Shown: piece by piece, positions 1 to 6,554 of the stretch
Layout of the letters: every line of letters begins with the position of its first letter
Numbering within the stretch: the first letter of the stretch is position 1
IMG/VR virus record: IMGVR_UViG_2585427784_000003
Coordinates: 1-12,258 of that record
DNA: 12,258 bases
Strand: one strand, 5' to 3'
From: a virus
Lineage: Duplodnaviria > Heunggongvirae > Uroviricota > Caudoviricetes
Made by a program: the position numbers and the translations under genes
The notes under the pieces: generated by a model
What the model was told of the DNA's origin: nothing
Database searches by the model: none
The model's input: the letters and a program-made list of their open reading frames with translations, nothing else

Positions 1-1284
1 TTACTTCTTCGCCTCTGCAACCACTTTACTACCCACGCCGCGGTTATTGTATTCCCACATGCGGTTGTAGTTAGTGTCATTCAGATTGCGCTGTATTTCG
101 TCGTTATCATCTACGCTGCCGGTATTACCCGCAAACGGACGATTAGAGATCACCGCATCGGCCCACGGTTTCGCCGTGTTAAAACCTTCGTTGATGGCGC
201 TATCACGGATCACCACCTGACCGTTGGTATTGGCATCAACATCCAGCGAGCGGCCCAGTTGCGCCACACCATCACCGAAAGCATTGAAACGGCTGTTTAC
301 GGCGAGGAAACCGTAGTAAATGTTGGACAGCGTAGCCGGTGCAAACACATACGCTTCTTGCTGAGTACGTGAGTTCACCACGCGGAATTCGGTGTTATCG
401 AACACCACTGCGCCGCGACCAGAAACGATATCCACATCCCCTTCAATGTAGCTGTTGGTCACCAGCGTACGCGGCTGACGATTCGTTTCCAGACGGTTCT
501 GCACACCGCTGTTGGTGACAAAGAAGGTGTTCTGACGACCGAGAATGTTAACGTTGTTAATCTGTACCTGGTCACCATCAGTACGCAGTGCCACCGCCGG
601 ATGGTTACCTGCATCTACGCTATCGCCCAGCGTGTTTTCGATGGTCAGATTTTGCAGTTGCAGGCCATTGTTTTGTGACCAGAAGACCGCAGAGCAGAGA
701 ACACCGATACTGTCGCTGCGTTTGCTCTGGCAGCTATCGTACATATACCACGCTGGTTTACCTGGCATATATTTGCCGCGCGGGTTGACGTCGTGACGCC
801 AGTCGGCAGGGCTCATGCCACCATCAAGGGAAAGCCCAATCTTCACATCAATCGGTTTTTCACCTGTACCGTACAGAGTAATTCCACCCGGAGCGGCAGG
901 GACATATACCGTTCCCTGATACTCACCAGGCATCACGGCAATATACTGGCGCTTGTTGGTACGCTTGATAATTGCCGCATCTACCGCCGCCTGAATCGTG
1001 GTATGCGTTACACCTTGAGTGCCCGCCGGGCCGACAACAAAGTCAGGTTGCGCAGGCAGGGTAATCGGGGAAGGATTCCACGCTGCAGCACCTGGTGTCA
1101 GGGATGCAAAATAGTGTTGAGCATCGAAATTCTGCGCTTCTTTTGCCGACAGAATCGGGCGAGAAGAGGTACCAGGCGCGGTTTGATCAGAAGGACGTTG
1201 ATCGGGCGGGGTTGAGCTACAGGCGGTCAGCGTCACGCCAAAAGCCAATGCCAGCGCCAGACGGGAAACTGAAAATGTGTTCAC
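1..1284 (-). CDS. ybhC: Host pectinesterase-family outer-membrane lipoprotein (YbhC-like), complete 427 aa
   Basis: Full-length 427-aa ORF with a lipoprotein signal and lipobox (MNTFSVSRLALALAFGVTLTAC). Sequence and length match what I recall for E. coli YbhC, and it sits directly next to the lambda att core as expected for the gal-side flank of attB-lambda. No alignment was run. Confidence 0.85.
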   Translation of the reverse strand: MNTFSVSRLALALAFGVTLTACSSTPPDQRPSDQTAPGTSSRPILSAKEAQNFDAQHYFASLTPGAAAWNPSPITLPAQPDFVVGPAGTQGVTHTTIQAAVDAAIIKRTNKRQYIAVMPGEYQGTVYVPAAPGGITLYGTGEKPIDVKIGLSLDGGMSPADWRHDVNPRGKYMPGKPAWYMYDSCQSKRSDSIGVLCSAVFWSQNNGLQLQNLTIENTLGDSVDAGNHPAVALRTDGDQVQINNVNILGRQNTFFVTNSGVQNRLETNRQPRTLVTNSYIEGDVDIVSGRGAVVFDNTEFRVVNSRTQQEAYVFAPATLSNIYYGFLAVNSRFNAFGDGVAQLGRSLDVDANTNGQVVIRDSAINEGFNTAKPWADAVISNRPFAGNTGSVDDNDEIQRNLNDTNYNRMWEYNNRGVGSKVVAEAKK

Positions 1285-1330
1285 AGGTTGCTCCGGGCTA
1301 TGAAATAGAAAAATGAATCCGTTGAAGCCT

Positions 1331-1345
1331 GCTTTTTTATACTAA
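1331..1345. other. attL: attL common core (lambda O region, GCTTTTTTATACTAA)
   Basis: Exact 15-bp lambda core at 1331-1345, with host-type sequence (tgaagcct) on the ybhC side and phage P' arm sequence (gttggcattataaaaaagcattgc...) on the int side. Confidence 0.93.
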
Positions 1346-1422
1346 GTTGGCATTATAAAAAAGCATTGCTTATCAATTTGTTGCAACGAACAGGTCACTA
1401 TCAGTCAAAATAAAATCATTAT
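1346..1422. promoter_or_regulatory. attP P' arm: IHF H' site and Int arm-type sites P'1 to P'3
   Basis: An IHF-like motif (tatcaatttgttg, about 1371-1383) is followed by contiguous arm-type repeats (aggtcactat, cagtcaaaat, aaaatcattat) at about 1391-1422. The spacing to the int stop, about 81 bp from core centre, is what I recall for lambda. Confidence 0.8.
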
Positions 1423-2489
1423 TTGATTTCAATTTTGTCCCACTCCCTGCCTCTGTCATCACGATACTGTGATGCCATGGTGTCCGACTTATGCCCGAGA
1501 AGATGTTGAGCAAACTTATCGCTTATCTGCTTCTCATAGAGTCTTGCAGACAAACTGCGCAACTCGTGAAAGGTAGGCGGATCCCCTTCGAAGGAAAGAC
1601 CTGATGCTTTTCGTGCGCGCATAAAATACCTTGATACTGTGCCGGATGAAAGCGGTTCACGACGAGTAGATGCAATTATGGTTTCTCCGCCAAGAATCTC
1701 TTTGCATTTATCAAGTGTTTCCTTCATTGATATCCCGAGAGCATCAACATGCAATGTTGTTGGGATGGCAATTTTTACGCCTGTTTTGCTTTGCTCGACA
1801 TAAAGATATCCATCTACGATATCAGACCACTTCATTTCGCATAAATCACCAACTCGTTGCCCGGTAACAACAGCCAGTTCCATTGCAAGTCTGAGCCAAC
1901 ATGGTGATGATTCTGCTGCTTGATAAATTTTCAGGTATTCGTCAGCCGTAAGTCTTGATCTCCTTACCTCTGATTTTGCTGCGCGAGTGGCAGCGACAGG
2001 GTTTGTTGTTATATGGCCTTCAGCTATTGCCTCTCGGAATGCATCGCTCAGTGTTGATCTGATTAACTTGGCTGACGCCGCCTTGCCCTCGTCTATGTAT
2101 CCATTGAGCATTGCCGCAATTTCTTTTGTGGTGATGTCTTCAAGTGGAGCATCAGGCAGACCCCTCCTTATTGCTTTAATTTTGCTCATGTAATTTATGA
2201 GTGTCTTCTGCTTGATTCCTCTGCTGGCCAGGATTTTTTCGTAGCGATCAAGCCATGAATGTAACGTAACGGAATTATCACTGTTGATTCTCGCTGTCAG
2301 AGGCTTGTGTTTGTGTCCTGAAAATAACTCAATGTTGGCCTGTATGGCTTCAGTGATTGCGATTCGCCTGTCTCTGCCTAATCCAAACTCTTTACCCGTC
2401 CTTGGGTCCCTGTAGCAGTAATATCCATTGTTTCTTATATAAAGGTTAGGGGGTAAATCCCGGCGCTCATGACTTCGCCTTCTTCCCAT
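1419..2489 (-). CDS. int: Lambda integrase (tyrosine recombinase), 356 aa
   Basis: ORF translation MGRRRSHERRDLPPNLYIRNNGYYCYRDPRTGKEF...REWDKIEIK is near-identical to lambda Int as I recall it, with the same length and the same position relative to att and xis. Confidence 0.97.
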   Translation of the reverse strand: MGRRRSHERRDLPPNLYIRNNGYYCYRDPRTGKEFGLGRDRRIAITEAIQANIELFSGHKHKPLTARINSDNSVTLHSWLDRYEKILASRGIKQKTLINYMSKIKAIRRGLPDAPLEDITTKEIAAMLNGYIDEGKAASAKLIRSTLSDAFREAIAEGHITTNPVAATRAAKSEVRRSRLTADEYLKIYQAAESSPCWLRLAMELAVVTGQRVGDLCEMKWSDIVDGYLYVEQSKTGVKIAIPTTLHVDALGISMKETLDKCKEILGGETIIASTRREPLSSGTVSRYFMRARKASGLSFEGDPPTFHELRSLSARLYEKQISDKFAQHLLGHKSDTMASQYRDDRGREWDKIEIK

Positions 2490-2685
2490 TTCTGATCCTC
2501 TTCAAAAGGCTACCTGTTACTGGTCGATTTAAGTCAACCTTTACCGCTGATTCGTGGAACAGATACTCTCTTCCATCCTTAACCGGAGGAGGGAATATCC
2601 TGCACTCGCGTACCCATCGACGAACTGTTTCAAGGCTTCTTGGGCGTCGCTGGCGTGCGTTCCACTCCTGAAGTGTCAAGTACAT
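2467..2685 (-). CDS. xis: Lambda excisionase, 72 aa
   Basis: MYLTLQEWNARQRRPRSLETVRRWVRECRIFPPPVKDGREYLFHESAVKVDLNRPVTG... matches lambda Xis from memory. Its 3' end overlaps the int start by 23 nt, as in lambda. Confidence 0.95.
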   Translation of the reverse strand: MYLTLQEWNARQRRPRSLETVRRWVRECRIFPPPVKDGREYLFHESAVKVDLNRPVTGSLLKRIRNGKKAKS

Positions 2686-2712
2686 CGCAAAGTCTCCGCA
2701 ATTACACGCAAG

Positions 2713-2732
2713 AAAAAACCGCCATCAGGCGG
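2713..2732 (-). terminator. Small GC hairpin plus U6 on the minus strand (intrinsic-terminator-like), overlapping the orf55 stop
   Basis: Minus strand reads g-ccgcc-tgat-ggcgg-tttttt: a 5-bp GC stem, 4-nt loop and six U. The stem is short, so function is uncertain. Confidence 0.3.
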
Positions 2733-2892
2733 CTTGGTGTTCTTTCAGTTCTTCAATTCGAATATTGGTTACGTCTGCATGTGCTATCTGCGCCCACAGC
2801 ATCCAGTGGTCATAGCAGTCGCTGATGTTCTCGGCTTCGATAACTCTGTTGAATGGTTCTCCATTCCATTCACCTGTGACTCGGAAGTGCAT
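2725..2892 (-). CDS. Lambda orf55-like small hypothetical protein, 55 aa (below the ORF-track length cutoff)
   Basis: Hand translation of the minus strand gives MHFRVTGEWNGEPFNRVIEAENISDCYDHWMLWAQIAHADVTNIRIEELKEHQAA then a stop. This matches my recollection of the small lambda ORF just upstream of xis in the pL operon. Confidence 0.6.
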   Translation of the reverse strand: MHFRVTGEWNGEPFNRVIEAENISDCYDHWMLWAQIAHADVTNIRIEELKEHQAA

Positions 2893-2942
2893 TTATCATC
2901 TCCAAAAAACAAACCCCGCCGTAGCGAGTTCAGATAAAAGAA

Positions 2943-2962
2943 ATCCTCGTCAGTGCGAGGAT
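2943..2962 (-). terminator. Hairpin (7-bp stem atcctcg/cgaggat) followed on the minus strand by a U-rich tract
   Basis: Perfect inverted repeat at 2943-2949 and 2956-2962. The minus strand continues ttcttttatctg. It lies at the boundary of the replaced ea8.5/ea22 slot. Confidence 0.25.
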
Positions 2963-3134
2963 GCTGTTCATTGCTGCTATACACTTTTTTGCTCTCAACG
3001 TAAGCGGTAGCCCATTCTGTTGGGTTGGTGCAGTTGCTTTTAGGAAATGCTATTTACCCCTTAAATGTCGGCTGAAAGAGCTAAAATCCATGCAAAAAAT
3101 TTACGCAATTTTGTGTATTATTGTGCAGTAAGTA

Positions 3135-3737
3135 ATGAGCTATTTTCTGCGCAAAAAATGGATGGTAAATTTGTCCGGGTCAGGAAAAATTTTATGGGCG
3201 CTAAACATGAAAAAAGATTCGTATCCTTATTTGATTTGCATGACAGTTTCAGGGCTGATCTTTATTTTCCTTTTCTTCTGGTGGCGGGCAGATATCTACA
3301 GGGTCACGTTTCTTAATCAGAGTATATCCCACTATTACATTCTGTTTAGCATGGGAATAGCTTTTCTGTTATCTCTGTTTTGGGTTAAGAAGGGGATAGT
3401 AAAACAAAGAGGCTGGAAGAGTCTGTCAGCATACCTTAAGGTTTATGCAGGGATGTGCATATTTGCTGGATTTTTTCTGATTATACCCCTTACGACACTA
3501 ACTTATTTTTTGCCTGGAGAGACATCGTCTTATGTTGCACCGTATCGGTATACTTCCGGTAGTTCAAAAAGTTGTTCTGGAGCTGAGGTGGATGACCCCG
3601 ATCTACATGAGAATATTCGCATTTGCTATCCGTATCGCAATTATGAGTACGATAATATTATCTATGTTGAAAAGAAAATTAATATATTAGGTGCGGTAGT
3701 GACATATGCACAGACCGCGCGTGATGATACTGAATGA
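3135..3737 (+). CDS. Cargo (moron) gene: integral membrane protein with three predicted TM helices and a ~70-aa soluble C-terminus; function unknown
   Basis: 200-aa ORF on the strand opposite to the pL operon, in visibly AT-rich DNA. Hydrophobic segments are LICMTVSGLIFIFLFFWW, YYILFSMGIAFLLSLFWV and VYAGMCIFAGFFLIIPLTTLTYF. Alternative in-frame starts lie at 3162 and 3207; none has a strong ribosome-binding site, so the start is uncertain. Confidence 0.5.
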   Translation: MSYFLRKKWMVNLSGSGKILWALNMKKDSYPYLICMTVSGLIFIFLFFWWRADIYRVTFLNQSISHYYILFSMGIAFLLSLFWVKKGIVKQRGWKSLSAYLKVYAGMCIFAGFFLIIPLTTLTYFLPGETSSYVAPYRYTSGSSKSCSGAEVDDPDLHENIRICYPYRNYEYDNIIYVEKKINILGAVVTYAQTARDDTE

Positions 3738-3773
3738 TATAGTATATAGCGGGCAAGTTTTAGTTAATTTATC

Positions 3774-3795
3774 GAGGTAATATAATTTACCTCGA
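3774..3795 (+). terminator. Hairpin downstream of the membrane-protein gene (8-bp stem cgaggtaa/ttacctcg, 6-nt loop)
   Basis: Perfect 8-bp inverted repeat about 37 bp after the stop at 3737. There is no clean U-run after it, so this is only a candidate terminator. Confidence 0.3.
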
Positions 3796-3947
3796 CTCGT
3801 TTGTTCTGGTATTAATATTTCGCTTTACGACCGATTTTTATCTGATGATATCATGCGGTTTTCATATACTGACTTACTGTCTTTTCTCCGTTAGCGATTT
3901 TCTCCTGCTCAGCGATGATTTTATCTTTGGCTTCTAGTTAATTTCGC

Positions 3948-4169
3948 TCACTTCGAACCTCTCTGTTTACTGATAAGCTCCAGATCCTCCTGGCAACTTG
4001 CACAAGTCCGACAACCCTGAACGACCAGGCGTCTTCGTTCATCTATCGGATCGCCACACTCACAACAATGAGTGGCAGATATAGCCTGGTGGTTCAGGCG
4101 GCGCATTTTTATTGCTGTGTTGCGCTGTAATTCTTCAATTTCTGATGCTGAATCAATGATGTCTGCCAT
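3948..4169 (-). CDS. orf73: Lambda exo-xis region Orf73: TraR/DksA-family C4 zinc-finger protein
   Basis: 73-aa ORF with the four-cysteine motif CCECGDPIDERRRLVVQGCRTCASC. Position and size fit lambda orf73, a TraR homologue. Confidence 0.8.
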   Translation of the reverse strand: MADIIDSASEIEELQRNTAIKMRRLNHQAISATHCCECGDPIDERRRLVVQGCRTCASCQEDLELISKQRGSK

Positions 4170-4223
4170 CTTCCATTAATCCCTGAATTGTTGGTTAATA
4201 CGCTTGAGGGTGAATGCGAATAA

Positions 4224-4246
4224 TAAAAAAGGAGCCTGTAGCTCCC
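4224..4246 (-). terminator. Intrinsic-terminator-like hairpin on the minus strand between orf61-like and orf73
   Basis: Minus strand reads (g)ggagc-tacag-gctcc(t) followed by ttttttatta. It starts about 20 bp after the orf61-like stop. Confidence 0.45.
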
Positions 4247-4267
4247 TGATGATTTTGCTTTTCATGT

Positions 4268-4579
4268 TCATCGTTCCTTAAAGACGCCGTTTAACATGCC
4301 GATTGCCAGGCTTAAATGAGTCGGTGTGAATCCCATCAGCGTTACCGTTTCGCGGTGCTTCTTCAGTACGCTACGGCAAATGTCATCGACGTTTTTATCC
4401 GGAAACTGCTGTCTGGCTTTTTTGATTTCAGAATTAGCCTGACGGGCAATGCTGCGAAGGGCGTTTTCCTGCTGAGGTGTCATTGAACAAGTCCCATGTC
4501 GGCAAGCATAAGCACACAGAATATGAAGCCCGCTGCCAGAAAAATGCATTCCGTGGTTGTCATACCTGGTCTCTCTCAT
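4268..4579 (-). CDS. orf61: Lambda orf61-like exo-xis protein (longest ORF 103 aa; an internal start at 4483 would give 71 aa)
   Basis: Its start overlaps the orf63 stop by 20 nt, which I recall as the lambda orf61/orf63 arrangement. The ORF is longer than the 61 aa I remember for lambda orf61; cause unknown. Confidence 0.5.
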   Translation of the reverse strand: MRETRYDNHGMHFSGSGLHILCAYACRHGTCSMTPQQENALRSIARQANSEIKKARQQFPDKNVDDICRSVLKKHRETVTLMGFTPTHLSLAIGMLNGVFKER

Positions 4580-4751
4580 CTGCTTCTGCTTTCGCCACCA
4601 TCATTTCCAGCTTTTGTGAAAGGGATGCGGCTAACGTATGAAATTCTTCGTCTGTTTCTACTGGTATTGGCACAAACCTGACTCCAATTTGAGCGAGGCT
4701 ATGTGCCATCTCGATACTCGTTCTTAACTCAACGGGAGATGCTTTGTGCAT
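4560..4751 (-). CDS. orf63: Lambda exo-xis region Orf63, 63 aa
   Basis: 63-aa ORF ([37 protein letters not shown]...) at the expected place between orf60a and orf61. Confidence 0.75.
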   Translation of the reverse strand: MHKASPVELRTSIEMAHSLAQIGVRFVPIPVETDEEFHTLAASLSQKLEMMVAKAEADERDQV

Positions 4752-4906
4752 ACAGCTCCCCGTTTATTATTTATCTCCTCAGCCAGCCGCTGTGCTTTCA
4801 GGGGATTTCGGATAACAGAAAGGCCGGGAAATACCCAGCCTCGCTTCGTAACGGAGTAGACGAAAGTGATCGTGCCTACGCGGATATTATCGTGAGGATG
4901 TTTCAT
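4724..4906 (-). CDS. orf60a: Lambda exo-xis region Orf60a, 60 aa
   Basis: [60 protein letters not shown]. The start codon overlaps the exo stop by 4 nt, as in lambda. The ORF track begins two codons earlier, at 4912. Confidence 0.8.
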   Translation of the reverse strand: MKHPHDNIRVGTITFVYSVTKRGWVFPGLSVIRNPLKAQRLAEEINNKRGAVCTKHLPLS

Positions 4907-5583
4907 CGCCATTGCTCCCCAAATACAAAACCAATTTCAGCCAGTGCCTCGTCCATTTTTTCGATGAACTCCGGCACCATCTCGTCAAAACTCGCTATAT
5001 ACTTTTCATTCCGCTCAATCACGACATAATGAAGGCCTTCACGCTTCATACGCGGGTCATAGTTGGCAAAGTACCAGGCATCTTTTCGCGTCACCCACAT
5101 GCTGTACTGCACCTGGGCCATGTAAGCCGACTTTATGGCCTCGAAACCACCGAGCCGGAATTTCATGAAATCCCGGGAGGTAAACGGGTATTTCAGCTCA
5201 AGGCCATTGCCGTCACTGCATAAACCATCGGGAGAGCAGGCGGTGCGCATACTTTCGTCGCGATAGATGATCGGGGATTCAATAACATTTACGCCGGAAG
5301 TGAACTCAAACAGGGTTCTGGCGTCGTTCTCGTACTGTTTTCCCCAGGCCAGCGCTTTAGCGTTAACTTCCGGAGCCACACCGGTGCAAACCTCAGCTAG
5401 CAGGGTGTGGAAGTAGGACATTTTCATGTCAGGCCACTTCTTTCCTGATCGGGGCTTTGCTATCACGTTGTGAACTTCTGAAGCGGTGATGACGCCGAGC
5501 CGTAATTTGTGCCATGCATCATCCCCCTGTTCGACAGCTCTCACGTCGATCCCGGTACGCTGCAGGATAATGTCCGGTGTCAT
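4903..5583 (-). CDS. exo: Lambda exonuclease (Red-alpha), 226 aa
   Basis: [65 protein letters not shown]...[11 protein letters not shown] is near-identical to lambda Exo from memory. Confidence 0.97.
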   Translation of the reverse strand: MTPDIILQRTGIDVRAVEQGDDAWHKLRLGVITASEVHNVIAKPRSGKKWPDMKMSYFHTLLAEVCTGVAPEVNAKALAWGKQYENDARTLFEFTSGVNVIESPIIYRDESMRTACSPDGLCSDGNGLELKYPFTSRDFMKFRLGGFEAIKSAYMAQVQYSMWVTRKDAWYFANYDPRMKREGLHYVVIERNEKYIASFDEMVPEFIEKMDEALAEIGFVFGEQWR

Positions 5584-5684
5584 GCTGCCACCTTCTGCTC
5601 AGTGGCTTTCTGTTTCAGGAATCCAAGAGCTTTCACTGCTTCGGCCTGTGTCAGTTCTGACGATGCGCGAATGTCGCGGCGAAA
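5580..5684 (-). pseudogene. bet: 3' remnant of bet (Red-beta): only the last ~34 codons, no start codon
   Basis: The minus-strand frame ending in the ATGA overlap with exo reads ...[34 protein letters not shown] then a stop, matching the lambda Bet C-terminus. Upstream the frame reaches a stop at about 5724 with no ATG, and homology ends at about 5684. Confidence 0.85.
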
Positions 5685-5906
5685 TACCAGAACATGCGGG
5701 CCAATGCGCTTACTGATGCGGAATTACGGCGCAAGGCTGCCGATGAACTGACTTGTATGACCGCGCGAATTAACCGTGGTGAGGCGATACCTGAACCAGT
5801 AAAACAACTTCCTGTCATGGGCGGTAGACCTCTAAATCGTGCACAGGCTCTGGCGAAGATCGCAGAAATCAAAGCGAAGTTCGGACTGAAAGGAGCAACT
5901 GTATGA
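5685..5906 (+). pseudogene. P: 3' remnant of replication gene P (C-terminal ~74 codons); an ATG at 5694 gives a 70-aa ORF
   Basis: Plus-strand frame reads YQNMRANALTDAELRRKAADELTCMTARINRGEAIPEPVKQLPVMGGRPLNRAQALAKIAEIKAKFGLKGATV then a stop, matching the lambda P C-terminus from memory. It begins directly at the bet junction, and the stop overlaps the ren start. Confidence 0.85.
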
Positions 5907-6184
5907 CGGGCAAAGAGGTAATTATTCATTATCTGGAGACGCACAAGAGCTTCTGTGCGCAGGACGTTGCTGCGGCAACAGGTGTGACAGTAACCTGCAT
6001 AAATCAGGCAGCAGCTAAAATGGCGCGGGCAGGAATCCTGGTCATTGATGGTAAGGTCTGGCGAACGGTGTATTACCGGTTCGCTACCAGAGAAGAACGG
6101 GAAGGAAAGGTGAGCACGAACCTGATTTTTAAGGAGTGTCGCCAGAGTGCCGCGATGAAGCGGGTGTTGGCGGTATATGGGTGA
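5903..6184 (+). CDS. ren: Lambda Ren protein, 93 aa
   Basis: MTGKEVIIHYLETHKSFCAQDVAAATGVTVTCINQAAAKMARAGILVIDGKVWRTVYYRFATREEREGKVSTNLIFKECRQSAAMKRVLAVYG matches lambda Ren from memory. Ribosome-binding site aaggag lies upstream, and the start overlaps the P stop (ATGA). Confidence 0.85.
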   Translation: MTGKEVIIHYLETHKSFCAQDVAAATGVTVTCINQAAAKMARAGILVIDGKVWRTVYYRFATREEREGKVSTNLIFKECRQSAAMKRVLAVYG

Positions 6185-6479
6185 TTAGTTATTACTTGAT
6201 TTGATGGTTATCTCGAAAACATCCAATCAAATTTAATGGTTTGCTTTGTGCGGGGAACTATAACAATGTTTCTAGCTTGGTGCTGTATGTATTAGTGAAT
6301 TAGTAGGGAATATATCCACACATTGATTAACACAAAAATATTTTAGATATTAAATGTAACTCAAAGGTTGAGTAATAATGGTTGTGTAGCGTATAACAGG
6401 ATGCTGAGGTAGTATTAAACAATGAATAAATCTGATTGACAAGCACCAGATAATACTGCGGGTCAATCATTAGACATGA

Positions 6480-6512
6480 ACGCCACTAGTTACTGAGAGT
6501 AACTAATGGCGT
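6480..6512. repeat. Near-perfect 15-bp inverted repeat (acgccactagttact / agtaactaatggcgt, one mismatch, 3-nt loop) in the AT-rich spacer
   Basis: Read directly from the sequence. It lies about 45 bp beyond the 3' end of the HD-domain gene and about 300 bp after ren. It may be a terminator or a protein-binding site. Confidence 0.3.
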
Positions 6513-6554
6513 TGTGTTTATAGTTAAGATGTTTTTTAAAACATCAGGGGGGCT

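Noticed and set aside
545-1316. Plus-strand ORFs of 66-140 aa (545-796, 588-788, 793-1215, 1095-1316)
   Set aside because: They lie wholly inside and antisense to the confidently identified ybhC gene, have arginine-rich low-complexity translations and no ribosome-binding sites.
1670-2193. Plus-strand ORFs of 65 and 68 aa antisense to int
   Set aside because: Embedded in the int coding region, which is near-identical to lambda int; no independent support.
2554-3010. ORFs 2554-2937 (+), 2640-2825 (+), 2825-3010 (+) and 2784-2984 (-)
   Set aside because: They overlap xis or the orf55-like gene in other frames or on the other strand. The 2784-2984 minus ORF spans a hairpin and looks non-protein-like, so the orf55-like frame is preferred.
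3065-3316. 83-aa plus-strand ORF overlapping the start of the membrane-protein gene in another frame
   Set aside because: Same strand but out of frame with the longer ORF that has the transmembrane segments; the out-of-frame translation has no recognisable features.
4496-5223. Plus-strand ORFs (4496-4681, 4703-5029, 4912-5223) antisense to orf61, orf63, orf60a and exo
   Set aside because: Antisense to well-supported lambda genes; typical shadow ORFs.
5486-5944. ORFs 5486-5716 (+), 5509-5751 (+) and 5651-5944 (-) across the bet/P junction
   Set aside because: These are out of frame with, or antisense to, the recognisable exo and bet (minus) and P and ren (plus) frames; the true frames carry the lambda protein identities.
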